From: Myxococcota bacterium
GTDB lineage: Bacteria; Myxococcota_A; UBA796; CAJQPC01
Length of the DNA stretch: 64,000 nucleotides
Reading direction: 5' to 3'
NCBI GenBank assembly: GCA_036021505.1
Contig: JAYXVV010000009.1
Coordinates: forward strand, 5,600-69,599
In this document: positions 9,757 to 18,644 of the stretch, in pieces
Numbering within the stretch: position 1 is the stretch's first letter
Layout of the letters: every line of letters begins with the position of its first letter
Translations under genes and position numbers: made by a program
The notes under the pieces: model-generated
Databases searched by the model: none
The model's input: only the letters and a program-made list of their open reading frames with translations
What the model was told of the DNA's origin: nothing

Positions 9757-10137
9757 ATGAAGCAGCGCATCCGCCAAGTTCTTGCCCCGCAAATCGAAGC
9801 CCAGATGCGGGAACACATCGCCTCTCTCCGCCCTGTTCGTGCAGAGCTCCAGGCGGTTAGAGACCGTGTCGACAAGCTTGGCACTCGCATGCTGGCTCTG
9901 GCGTCGGATGTTGAGCAGCTCCGCATTGAAAGACTGCGTCAGAGAGGCTTCCATGGGAAGATGACGGTCCACGAGGCGTGGGCACTGCATCCAGGGGTTC
10001 GTGAGGTCTTCACTCGCTACCACCTTCCCCACTGCGATCGCTGCCCCGTCGGTGCGGATGAGCGCCTCGAAGAAGCAGCCTTTGGCTATTCCTTGGACCT
10101 CTCCGTTCTTTTGAAGGAACTCAATGACCTTTGTTGA
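9757..10137 (+). CDS. coiled-coil protein with C-terminal DUF1858-like (hybrid-cluster-protein-associated redox disulfide) domain
   Basis: MTVHEAWALHPGVREVFTRYHLPHCDRCPVGADERLEEAAFGYSLDLSVLLKELN matches the DUF1858 pattern as I remember it. The internal ATG at 9757 was chosen. Confidence 0.5.
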   Translation: MKQRIRQVLAPQIEAQMREHIASLRPVRAELQAVRDRVDKLGTRMLALASDVEQLRIERLRQRGFHGKMTVHEAWALHPGVREVFTRYHLPHCDRCPVGADERLEEAAFGYSLDLSVLLKELNDLC

Positions 10138-10206
10138 CGCACTCGGGCTTGCAAGCGGAAGTTTCGGGTGTTGTGGTGTACACACCCCAACGGTGAGGAC
10201 CTCCCC

Positions 10207-10989
10207 ATGAGACTGTCTCCTTTCTGGGCCACCGCCGTGGCCTGCCTGGCTTGGCTTCCAGCGGCCCAAGCCGCCGATGTGAATTTCTCCGCGGCCGACG
10301 GCCAGCGTATCGCTGCCTTCCACAACCCTGTCGGCAGTTCGAAACGTGGGGTTGTCCTCGTTCACGATGACGGCGGCAATGGAAGCGATTGGGAGTTCTT
10401 TGCGAACCGACTCAAGAGAACTGGCTTCCACACGCTCGCTGTCGACTTGAGAGGCCATGGGGCCAGCCGGGTCAATGGGCGCCTGAGCAACGAGGATTAC
10501 ACAGCGATGAAGGCCGATGTCATCGCTGCTGTGAACTGGCTCAGGAGAAAAGGAGTCGAGGAACTGATCCTCATCGGAGCCGGCCTCGGCGCGAATCTCG
10601 CCTTGCAGACTGCTGCCGAAGACACCGAGGTATCCAAACTCGTGCTGCTCTCCCCAAGGCACCGGGTCAAAGGGGTGACCGTGGACGGCTTTCTTGGCCG
10701 TTATGGCGAGAGACCGGTCATGATTGCTGTGAGTGTCGAGGACACCTACGCCTCGAAAACCAGCCTGTTGCTCGACTCCCAAGCTGTAGGGGAGCACAAA
10801 ATGGAAATTCTGAGCAACGCCGGTAGCGGAACGCAAATGCTCGATCGTGAGCCCTCCCTGGCCTCCACCATTCAAGGTTTCCTCAACGACGTCGCAGAGG
10901 AAGGGGAGGCCTTGGACATGTCCATCGACATTCCCCAGACCGATCCCGAGCGTCTGACCACCGAGGGTGAAAAACTGCCGGGATTCTAA
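10207..10989 (+). CDS. secreted alpha/beta hydrolase
   Basis: Signal peptide MRLSPFWATAVACLAWLPAAQA. VVLVHDDGGNGSDW, DLRGHGAS, and a nucleophile-elbow-like LIGAGLGA. Confidence 0.7.
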   Translation: MRLSPFWATAVACLAWLPAAQAADVNFSAADGQRIAAFHNPVGSSKRGVVLVHDDGGNGSDWEFFANRLKRTGFHTLAVDLRGHGASRVNGRLSNEDYTAMKADVIAAVNWLRRKGVEELILIGAGLGANLALQTAAEDTEVSKLVLLSPRHRVKGVTVDGFLGRYGERPVMIAVSVEDTYASKTSLLLDSQAVGEHKMEILSNAGSGTQMLDREPSLASTIQGFLNDVAEEGEALDMSIDIPQTDPERLTTEGEKLPGF

Positions 10990-11012
10990 AAAAAAGAAGC
11001 TTTCGCAAAAAA

Positions 11013-11043
11013 ATCGAAACAGGCGACCTGTCTTCCGATTTTT
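11013..11043 (+). terminator. candidate intrinsic terminator after the hydrolase gene
   Basis: Two-part stem (ATCG..ACAGG / CCTGT..CGAT) with loop CGA, followed by a T-run (TTTTT). Confidence 0.4.
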
Positions 11044-11195
11044 GCATCAACCCCTCCCCCTCAAAACCCCACCCGTCGGTCACTCCAACGACGAGTTTAG
11101 CCATTCATGTTGGGCTCAGGTTTTGGCGATCTCCGGTGCGAGAACCCTCTCGGCCTTCCCGCCAAGCGGTAGGCAAGCCACCCGACAAGTGCATC

Positions 11196-12023
11196 ATGGC
11201 GATCTACATTCACACCAACATGGTCAGCATCAGCTCGACAAGGCATCTCGCCCATGTTGAGCGGGGCCTTGAGTCGACCATGGACAAGCTTTCGTCCGGA
11301 CGACGGGTGAATCAGGCCGCTGACGATGCAGCCGGACTTGCGGTGGCCGAAAACCTCCATGCCAACGTGCTGGGATCCCGACAGGCCATGCGGAACATCG
11401 AGACCGGCATCAGCATGATCCATGTCGCGGAATCCGGTACGGAGACCACTCAAAATCTGGTGAAGCGCATGAGAGAACTCGCGGTGATGGGTTCCTCGGA
11501 CACCCTTCAGTCCACTGAACGCTCTTACCTTCAAGACGAGTTCAACCAGCTCGTCGCTGAAGTGGACGACTTGGCCAACAACACCCTCTTTGGTGGTGTC
11601 CACCTCATCGATGGTCGCAACCCGACCCTTGATGTCCAGGCGGGTGTGAACAACACCAGCAACGACCGGGTCACCATCTCCATGGGAGACATTTCGGTCG
11701 ACACGATCGGACTCAACACGGGCACAGTCAGCCTCTCCACCGCCACGCAAGCCCGCCTGGCGATTGACCAGCTCGACTCCACGCTCAACACCCTCAACCG
11801 CTACCGCGCCCAATACGGTGCGTCAGAACGCTCCCTCTCCCAGGCCCTGGGAAACATGGAGCTCTACTCGGAGAGCCTTCAGGCCTCGCAGTCACAGATC
11901 ATTGATGCAGACTATGCGGCGGAATCCGCCAACTTGTCGCGCCATCAGATTGTGAAGCAAGCAGGACTGTCGATTCTCGCGCAAGGCAACTCCCTTGGAC
12001 AGGGATTGCTCGGTCTGCTTTAG
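11196..12023 (+). CDS. fliC: flagellin (short, D0/D1-only type, 275 aa)
   Basis: N-terminus KLSSGRRVNQAADDAAGLAVAE and MRELAVM. C-terminus LNRYRAQYGASERSL..IIDADYAAESANLSRHQIVKQAGLSILAQGN. Confidence 0.9.
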   Translation: MAIYIHTNMVSISSTRHLAHVERGLESTMDKLSSGRRVNQAADDAAGLAVAENLHANVLGSRQAMRNIETGISMIHVAESGTETTQNLVKRMRELAVMGSSDTLQSTERSYLQDEFNQLVAEVDDLANNTLFGGVHLIDGRNPTLDVQAGVNNTSNDRVTISMGDISVDTIGLNTGTVSLSTATQARLAIDQLDSTLNTLNRYRAQYGASERSLSQALGNMELYSESLQASQSQIIDADYAAESANLSRHQIVKQAGLSILAQGNSLGQGLLGLL

Positions 12024-12032
12024 GCCATTCTC

Positions 12033-12055
12033 GAACGCTGGATGAGCCAGCGTTC
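12033..12055. terminator. hairpin between convergent flagellin and activator genes
   Basis: Perfect 9-bp stem GAACGCTGG / CCAGCGTTC with a 5-nt loop. There is no clear U-tract. Confidence 0.45.
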
Positions 12056-12067
12056 ACACTCCTCTTC

Positions 12068-13786
12068 TCATTTGGAACGCTCTTTTTTGGGAAACCCCAG
12101 GGTTTGGGGAGGGAGCACAGGTCTGGGGATATTCCTGTGCTCCCGCTTTCCCTTCTCGAAACCATCGAAGGACCCGGCCGAAAGGCCGGGTTTTTCACTC
12201 TGAATCAACCCGTAGCTCTTGAGTTTGTAGTGAAGAGTGGTGCGGGGAATCCCAAGTTCTCGAGCCATCGCGGAACGATTGCCTCCGAGTCGTCCAAAAG
12301 CTTCTGAAAGGATCGCCCGCTCCGTATCCTTCAGAACGCCCCGCCTCGACTGCAAGGACTCACGCTGAACCGCGAAGGGTGAAAAACAGATTGTGGATGC
12401 TGAGATTGTTGGACCCCCTAAAACAAAGGCTCGGGTCAGAACATTTCGAAGCTCCCGAACGTTGCCTGGAAAAGGGTGTCGAGCAAGCTTGTGCATGCCC
12501 GAGGGTGCCACATGCACAGGCCCTTTCATTTGACTGCAAATGTCGCTCACCAAGGGTTCAAGATCCTCCATGCGCTCGCGCAATGGTGGGAGCAGGACTC
12601 CCAGTACGGCGAGCCGAAAAAAGAGATCCTCTCGAAACCTGCCGGAGGCAACTTCCTGCTCCAGATCGCGATTGGTTGCCGCCACTACCCGAACCCTCGG
12701 GTAGGTCGGCTTCGCGCCCCCCACCCGACGAACCTCTCCGGTCTCTAAAGCACGCAACAACTTGGCCTGTGCGTGCAGGGGAAGCTCACCTACTTCATCC
12801 AAAAACAAGGTGCCTCCATCGGCGCGCTGAAAGGCTCCATCCCGCCGCTCCTTGGCATCGGTAAAGGCTCCTTTCTCGTGACCGAACAACTCGGACTCGA
12901 AAAGATTGTCCGCAATTCCTCCGCAATTCAATGCGACAAAAGGACCCTTTGAGCGACTGGATTCTATGTGAAGTCCACGTGCGGCAAGCTCTTTTCCGGT
13001 TCCGCTCTCTCCAACCAAAAGCACAGGCGCCGTGTGAGACGCCATGGCCCTTAGAATGCCGAAAAGCTGACGCATGGCTTGACTTGTTCCCTTCATCTCC
13101 CCAAAGCCCTCCGGATTGGACGAAGAGACGACAGCAACCTCACTTTGGATGCGACACCGAGACTGACCGATTTGAAATTCCTCACTGGGATAGAGGGGCA
13201 AGGTCGAGGAGACGAGGAGAGAGTCGACAAAACAGTGGCCCTGCGCGGGACTCAGGAGGGGACGACCTCTGGCAAATCGCAATTCGACATGATCCGGAAG
13301 CAAGCTGCTGTCCGAAATCACCACATCACTTCCCGGGGCCCCAAGAGTTTGGCGTCGGGCAGACAAGGTCCGTCGAGTGCCTTTTGCGGGACCGTCCAAG
13401 ATTTCCAAGGTCCATTGTTCCTGGGCGAGCTGAGTGTCCTGCACCACGACTGGAGGCAGTGTCGATTCCTTTGGGCGGTGGAGACCCGACAGAGTTGGAC
13501 GACTCTCCGTCTTTGGTGAGCCCACAAACTGGATCTCAAAGGGGCCAATTCTCAAGAGATCACCTTCCTCCAGAGAACGCCGCTTCTCCACACGCTCACC
13601 GCCAACAAATGTCCCGTGCCGGCTGCGATCCACCACGGTCCACTTGCCCGACCGACGAGCGAGAATGCAATGGGTGCGACTCACCCGATTTCCAGGGACC
13701 ACAATGTCGCAACTGTCAGAACGCCCCAAGAGCACCCGATCGCTTCGAAGCGGAATTTCACAAAGAGCCACAGCTCCACGTTTCAT
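12068..13786 (-). CDS. sigma-54-dependent transcriptional activator with two N-terminal FHA domains
   Basis: FHA1: LLGRSDSCDIVVPGNRVSRTHC...GTFVGGERV. A second FHA-like segment follows. AAA+ core GESGTGKE, GAFTDA (GAFTGA-type), a DEVGEL-type Walker B, and a C-terminal Fis-type HTH. The ATG at 13786 was chosen over the upstream TTG. Confidence 0.88.
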   Translation of the reverse strand: MKRGAVALCEIPLRSDRVLLGRSDSCDIVVPGNRVSRTHCILARRSGKWTVVDRSRHGTFVGGERVEKRRSLEEGDLLRIGPFEIQFVGSPKTESRPTLSGLHRPKESTLPPVVVQDTQLAQEQWTLEILDGPAKGTRRTLSARRQTLGAPGSDVVISDSSLLPDHVELRFARGRPLLSPAQGHCFVDSLLVSSTLPLYPSEEFQIGQSRCRIQSEVAVVSSSNPEGFGEMKGTSQAMRQLFGILRAMASHTAPVLLVGESGTGKELAARGLHIESSRSKGPFVALNCGGIADNLFESELFGHEKGAFTDAKERRDGAFQRADGGTLFLDEVGELPLHAQAKLLRALETGEVRRVGGAKPTYPRVRVVAATNRDLEQEVASGRFREDLFFRLAVLGVLLPPLRERMEDLEPLVSDICSQMKGPVHVAPSGMHKLARHPFPGNVRELRNVLTRAFVLGGPTISASTICFSPFAVQRESLQSRRGVLKDTERAILSEAFGRLGGNRSAMARELGIPRTTLHYKLKSYGLIQSEKPGLSAGSFDGFEKGKREHRNIPRPVLPPQTLGFPKKERSK

Positions 13787-13943
13787 CACCAAATTGGCCA
13801 CGCAATCCTCCTGCGCGGACCCCAACGAGGGTGCCTCTCCCTGAGCCCACGTCACCAGATTTTGCAAATGACATGCCAACCCCTTTGGGGGTTCTGTGTG
13901 CTGCGAAACGTCGATTTTTCGACACTCTGCTGTCGAGAACTGC

Positions 13944-14987
13944 TCAGGGCTCGAACTGAACCTCCAGTTCGAGCTCCATCATGCCACCGCCGTAGAGCCG
14001 GGTTTCCTCTTGCTCCACAAGACTCATCGCCCCCAAGCCTCTCAAGGCCGCCACAAAGGACTCCATCCGTTGGGGCGACATGCGAAGTTTTAGGTTGGCG
14101 TAATTGCTCTCCGTGGTCATGGAATAGGGCGCCATATTCGTTCCGTTCGCCTTTTGAACCTGTGCCCCAAAGCGCTCTGCGAGCCGCTGGATTTGCCAGA
14201 GAACCTCGGAGCTCTTCGGATAGAGCCGATAGCGAACTGGCCCCATGTTTACCGCAGGCAGCGACGCCTCCATTTCGGACATCGAGGAGACACCACCGGC
14301 TTCCTCATACTGATCCTCCCAATCCACTGCATCCTCCTCAAGGGTCGCATCCGTATTGCCGGAGCTGCCTTGAAGCCTGGGAAGAATCCCCATGCCGGTT
14401 TGGGGATCTTCTGCATCCTTGCTTCTCGATGAAGGGGGAGAGACCCTTCGCCGCACTGCACCCTCTTTCCCTTTCGAGGATTCTTGCACTCCACTGCCTT
14501 CAGCAAGGGGTTCTTCCGCTGCCGAGAGCTCGACCTCATTGCTCTCCAGGTCGATGTTGACCCCCTCCTGCACAGCTTGGGGCTCATCGGGCGGCTGAGG
14601 AGGCGTTGTTTCCTCTTTGGCGAGCGTCTCGGGTGTCTCCGCGTCCGTGGCCGGATCGCGCTGGATCACACTGACCACCAGAATCGCCGCCATCGCGAGA
14701 CCGATGGCCTCAATCGGCAACCTCCGGAGGGGTGCGGGGAGCCACTTCAACCGGGGCTTCGGAGCTCTCTCGAGCGCCAATCTCGCCTCCAGACGCTCCC
14801 GAAACCCTTCCGGAACGGGCAAGGGACCTTGATTGCGCACCAACTCCACTGCGTGAAGCATCCGGTTGTACTCCGATCGAACCGAGGGGTTCTCTCGAAT
14901 GCTCTTCTCCACCTCCGCCATCTCGGCATCAGAGAGCTGCCCATCGATGTAGGCAGAGAGTCGGTTGGTGGCGAAAAACTCTTTCAT
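13944..14987 (-). CDS. anti-sigma factor (single-pass membrane protein)
   Basis: It starts 6 nt downstream of the ECF sigma gene. The N-terminus LSAYIDGQLSDAEMAEVEKSIRENP is typical of a zf-HC2-type anti-sigma factor. It has one TM helix and an acidic periplasmic region. Confidence 0.6.
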   Translation of the reverse strand: MKEFFATNRLSAYIDGQLSDAEMAEVEKSIRENPSVRSEYNRMLHAVELVRNQGPLPVPEGFRERLEARLALERAPKPRLKWLPAPLRRLPIEAIGLAMAAILVVSVIQRDPATDAETPETLAKEETTPPQPPDEPQAVQEGVNIDLESNEVELSAAEEPLAEGSGVQESSKGKEGAVRRRVSPPSSRSKDAEDPQTGMGILPRLQGSSGNTDATLEEDAVDWEDQYEEAGGVSSMSEMEASLPAVNMGPVRYRLYPKSSEVLWQIQRLAERFGAQVQKANGTNMAPYSMTTESNYANLKLRMSPQRMESFVAALRGLGAMSLVEQEETRLYGGGMMELELEVQFEP

Positions 14988-14993
14988 GAATCC

Positions 14994-15632
14994 CTAAATT
15001 ACATCCGCCGCCGTCATCCGAAAAGACAGTTGGCGGGCCAGTTCCGTGCGAGCACGATGCAAGCGCGATTTTACCGTGCCCTTCGGCAAATCCAGCAAGG
15101 ATGAGATTTCCTCGTAGCTCAGGTCCTCGAGATCCCTCAAAAGAATGATCTGTCGGTGCTCTTCGTCGAGTGCAGCGAGACCCGCCTGAAGCACCCGCTC
15201 TGCATCGGTCTGCATCGCTCTCGAATCGGCTCCCCGATCGGTTGAGGGAAGCTGACGCACGGGGGCATCCTCGGGTGCCGAATCGAGTGACTCATGACGG
15301 CCATGGCCTCTTCGTGTGCGATGCATGTGCTGGTTTTTACAGTGGTTCACAGTCACTCTGTAGAGCCAGGTGGAGAATTTCGAATCCCCTCGAAAGCGCT
15401 CGAGCGACCGAAACAAGGAGACAAACACCTCCTGTGCGACCTCCTCGGCAGCCTGTTGGTTCCCTAGCCATCGAAAACAGATGCCATAAACCCGATCCTG
15501 ATGGCGATCCAGCAGCTCTGAAAACGCGCTGCGATCGCCATTCTTGAAGCGCTGGATCAGGACCGCATCGCTTGAATGCGTCACTGCAGCCAAAAGAAGA
15601 GCAATCATGAGGATCCCAGCGTGTTCAATCAT
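14994..15632 (-). CDS. ECF-type RNA polymerase sigma-70 factor
   Basis: Region 2 FSELLDRHQDRVYGICFRWL and WLYRVTVNHC. Region 4 ILLRDLEDLSYEEISSLLDLPKGTVKSRLHRAR. The start is uncertain (15632 or 15608). Confidence 0.85.
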   Translation of the reverse strand: MIEHAGILMIALLLAAVTHSSDAVLIQRFKNGDRSAFSELLDRHQDRVYGICFRWLGNQQAAEEVAQEVFVSLFRSLERFRGDSKFSTWLYRVTVNHCKNQHMHRTRRGHGRHESLDSAPEDAPVRQLPSTDRGADSRAMQTDAERVLQAGLAALDEEHRQIILLRDLEDLSYEEISSLLDLPKGTVKSRLHRARTELARQLSFRMTAADVI

Positions 15633-15669
15633 CAAGAGACACGCTCAATCCTATTCGGTTCCCAAAGGT

Positions 15670-16077
15670 TCAGGAAAGCTTCATCGCCTGGAAGTGGACC
15701 GGCGTGCCGGTCTTCACCGAGTCCATGATGCGCTCTGTACCGCGCGTTCCGTGGGGGAGGATGGCCTTGCGCATCCGAGCACCCTTGAAACTGCACCCCT
15801 CGAGGTTGGCGAGATCCAAGTCGGCTTCATCGAGAATCGCATTCTCGAACACCGCATTGGGCAGCTCCGCGTTCCAAAGCGATGCACCGGTCAAGTCGGC
15901 CTTCTTAAAACTGCAACCGCCCATGTTCGCTTCTGCAAGCTTGGTCCAGCGCAAAGAGACACCATCAAAGATGATCCCCGACAAGTTGGCGCCGCGCAGG
16001 TCGAGAGAGTCGAGCGCTTGTTTTTTACGGAGGAGGTCTTGGACTTGCTTTCGGGTCAGTGGTTTGTCTTGTGACAT
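15670..16077 (-). CDS. pentapeptide-repeat protein
   Basis: Consecutive A(D/N)LXX pentapeptides (ANLSG, ANMGG, ADLTG, ADLDL, ANLEG). Confidence 0.8.
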   Translation of the reverse strand: MSQDKPLTRKQVQDLLRKKQALDSLDLRGANLSGIIFDGVSLRWTKLAEANMGGCSFKKADLTGASLWNAELPNAVFENAILDEADLDLANLEGCSFKGARMRKAILPHGTRGTERIMDSVKTGTPVHFQAMKLS

Positions 16078-17102
16078 GGGCTCTCTGTCGTTTCAAAAGG
16101 GGAGGGCTTGGTTCCCTCCAACTCACTGTTCGAAGACTCCTTATCCTCGGTTGGAGCAAGATGAAAAGCGATTTCTTTTTCTAACGATCGTACGATGTCC
16201 GGACCCAACGCGCGCCCCCCTGTCGCCTCCGCAAAATGAGAGCCCCCGGGATTTAAGACATTCACCTCGATGACCTTGCCTCCGATCACATCCAGACCGG
16301 CAAACCAGACCCCTGTTCGGAGCAAATGAGGGCGTATGGCCCGCTCAATGGCAAAGTCGGATTCCGTGAGTTCACACGCCTCCGGTTTCGCTCCATGCTT
16401 CAGGTTGTGGCGAAATTCTCCGGGGGCGCGCATCCGGCGGTAGCCGCCAAGCAGTTGTCCTCCCACCCAAAGAAGACGCTTCTCTCCCTCTCTGGCCTCC
16501 GGGAGATACGCCTGTGCGACGACATACCCATTCCCGTGCTGACGGACCTGCTCCACGGCACTCTCGACCGTAATCGGGGATTCCGGGGTCACCAAAGCCA
16601 CCCCACGGCCGCCAGAGGCTCGGGCAGGCTTGATCACCACGCCATGGTCGGATGAAGCTAAAAAATGCCGAATGGCACTGAGGGATCGGGTCAGCAAGGT
16701 CTCCGGCTTGGGTACACCTTGAAGAGCGAGCAGGAAGGATTTGTGGGACACTGCCGGCAGATGGAAGGGGTCATTAAGGACACAGACCCCCGCGTGTGCT
16801 GCGAGCTGGGCGAACGCGAGCACCGCTGAATCCAGAGGATTGATTCGAATCACCAGCGCATTGAGTTGGGGCACCTCGACAAAGACCCTTGCGCCTTTGC
16901 GCCGAGCGATGTGTTCGCAGATGGTGGACTTGTCGAGGGCAGTTGCTCGGGCCATGAGGCGACCACGGGGGTCCAATTCGAAATCTCCCCCCTCCACCAC
17001 ACGCACCGAATGGCCCGCTGCCAGAAGCGCGTGAATGAGGTGCGTGGTGGTCCAAGACGGCCCCAATGCACTGGCCCTGGTGATGACAATCCCGATTCGC
17101 AT
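16056..17102 (-). CDS. glutathione-synthetase-like ATP-grasp ligase
   Basis: GEKRLLWVGG, FRHNLKHGAKPE and GLDVIGGKVIEVNVLNPGG resemble prokaryotic GshB. The ATG at 17102 (MRIGIV) was chosen. The 3' end overlaps the pentapeptide gene by 22 nt. Confidence 0.65.
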   Translation of the reverse strand: MRIGIVITRASALGPSWTTTHLIHALLAAGHSVRVVEGGDFELDPRGRLMARATALDKSTICEHIARRKGARVFVEVPQLNALVIRINPLDSAVLAFAQLAAHAGVCVLNDPFHLPAVSHKSFLLALQGVPKPETLLTRSLSAIRHFLASSDHGVVIKPARASGGRGVALVTPESPITVESAVEQVRQHGNGYVVAQAYLPEAREGEKRLLWVGGQLLGGYRRMRAPGEFRHNLKHGAKPEACELTESDFAIERAIRPHLLRTGVWFAGLDVIGGKVIEVNVLNPGGSHFAEATGGRALGPDIVRSLEKEIAFHLAPTEDKESSNSELEGTKPSPFETTESPCHKTNH

Positions 17103-17151
17103 CAATTTCCCGTTCGATTCCCTGCGCTCGGACCTGCTAACCTGTTCCACA

Positions 17152-18642
17152 ATGAAACCTGTTTTACAGAAACTCCAAGAACTCGTGGCAGCACGATTTC
17201 CACTCATCGGACTCCTCACGCACGAAGAAACCCGTGTAGAGCGCGGACTCGATCGACTCTGCAAGGAGAGCGATTTGGTCCTCTACCGTTGGCGCAGCAC
17301 CACGGGTCTCGGGCGGATCCACGAGGACCCCATTCGCGACACTGAGGACCCAAGACAGGCCCTTGACGCCATCCGATCCATCACGAAACCCGCCCTGTTT
17401 GTTTTCCAAGACATCCACCCCCACATTCAGTCTCCTGAGGTCTGGCGGTCGATGCGGGATCAAATCGGGGAGTTGGGAAAGCGCTCTCAAGCGATCGTCC
17501 TGGTTGGCGCTCGTCTCGACGTTCCCTCGGAGATCGAGAAAGATGTCATGATCTTGGATGTACCGCTGCCAGGCCGCGATGAGGTGGGACGTCTTCTCGA
17601 TGTGCTGGCTCGAAGCCAAAAGCTCACGATCGAACCGGAGCTCCGACAGCAGTTTATTCGAACCTCCTTGGGCCTTTGTGAGCGCGAAATCAAGCGAGCC
17701 TACGCTCACATCCTTGCCGTCGGAGGTCGCTTTGAGGAAAAAGACCTCTCGCTGCTTGGGGAGGTGAAGAAACAAGCGATTCGAAAAACTCGCTTTCTGG
17801 AATTTCACCAGGAAGTCCCCCCTATCGAGCAAGTCGGAGGCCTCAGCAATCTCAAGGAGTGGCTCTCACGCCGTTCCAACGCATTCACAGAAGAGGCAAG
17901 GGAATTCGGTCTCCCGGAGCCGAAAGGCCTGTTCCTCCTCGGTGTCCAGGGCTGTGGAAAGTCGATGATGGCCAAGGCCGTTGCGGGTCTCTTTGGAATC
18001 CCGCTTTTGCGTCTGGATGCATCGGAGGTGTTTCAGGCGTCTGCCCGACAAGAAGAGAGCATCCAAGAAGCCATTCGAATCGCGGAATCCATCTCTCCGG
18101 CAGTTCTCTGGATCGACGAGCTCGAGAAAGCATTTCTCGCCGGGGACCAAGGTGGATCTCGAACACTGGGGCACCTGCTCACCTGGATGCAAGAAAAGAC
18201 CAAGCCCGTCTTTGTCGTCGCCACCGCCAACGAGGTGAGGAAGCTTCCACCCGAGCTGCTGAGAAAGGGTCGATTTGATGAAATCTTCTTCGTCGACCTC
18301 CCCGATGTCCATGAACGCCTTGAGATTCTGCAGATCCATCTTGCCCGAAGAGAGCGAAGCTCCGAAAATTTCGACCTCCTGCAGTGCGCTGAAGAGACAG
18401 AAAAGTACTCCGGCGCAGAGCTCGAACAGGTGGTCATCGAGGCTCTCTTTGATGCCTATGCGGATGGTGCGAGAGCGCTCAAAGACCGGGATCTCCTCCG
18501 CGTGATTCGTGAAACCGTTCCCTTGGCCATCACCATGGACGACCAGCTCAAAGAACTTCGAGAATGGGCACAGCCCCGGACAAGACCCGCCACGCTTGAT
18601 AGACGAAGGATTGATTTCTTTGAGGACTTCGTCGGGAGCTGA
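17152..18642 (+). CDS. Ycf46-like AAA+ ATPase
   Basis: N-terminus RFPLIGLLTHEETRV, Walker A GVQGCGKSMMAKA, VLWIDELEKAF, VFVVATANEVRKLPPELLRKGRFDEIFFVDLP. It is colinear with cyanobacterial/plastid Ycf46 as I remember it. Confidence 0.78.
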   Translation: MKPVLQKLQELVAARFPLIGLLTHEETRVERGLDRLCKESDLVLYRWRSTTGLGRIHEDPIRDTEDPRQALDAIRSITKPALFVFQDIHPHIQSPEVWRSMRDQIGELGKRSQAIVLVGARLDVPSEIEKDVMILDVPLPGRDEVGRLLDVLARSQKLTIEPELRQQFIRTSLGLCEREIKRAYAHILAVGGRFEEKDLSLLGEVKKQAIRKTRFLEFHQEVPPIEQVGGLSNLKEWLSRRSNAFTEEAREFGLPEPKGLFLLGVQGCGKSMMAKAVAGLFGIPLLRLDASEVFQASARQEESIQEAIRIAESISPAVLWIDELEKAFLAGDQGGSRTLGHLLTWMQEKTKPVFVVATANEVRKLPPELLRKGRFDEIFFVDLPDVHERLEILQIHLARRERSSENFDLLQCAEETEKYSGAELEQVVIEALFDAYADGARALKDRDLLRVIRETVPLAITMDDQLKELREWAQPRTRPATLDRRRIDFFEDFVGS

Positions 18643-18644
18643 CC

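Noticed and set aside
9496-10875. A 459-aa minus-strand ORF, and similar long antisense ORFs (3099-4142, 17866-19059, 19056-20180, 21560-22759, 51026-52549, 59960-60712)
   Set aside because: Each lies opposite genes with clear family motifs (tadA neighbours, the TMTC-like gene, Ycf46/gpsA, the cNMP genes, codA, the XPB partner, exbB). Each has Arg/Gly/Pro/Ser-rich composition. Stop-poor GC-rich DNA commonly gives such artefacts.
11123-11139. Sigma-54-like promoter TTGGCGA-N-GGTGC upstream of the flagellin gene, next to a sigma-54 activator
   Set aside because: The GG-to-GC spacing is 13 nt rather than the canonical 12, and the -12 element is poor. No sigma-28 TAAA-N15-GCCGATAA match was seen either.
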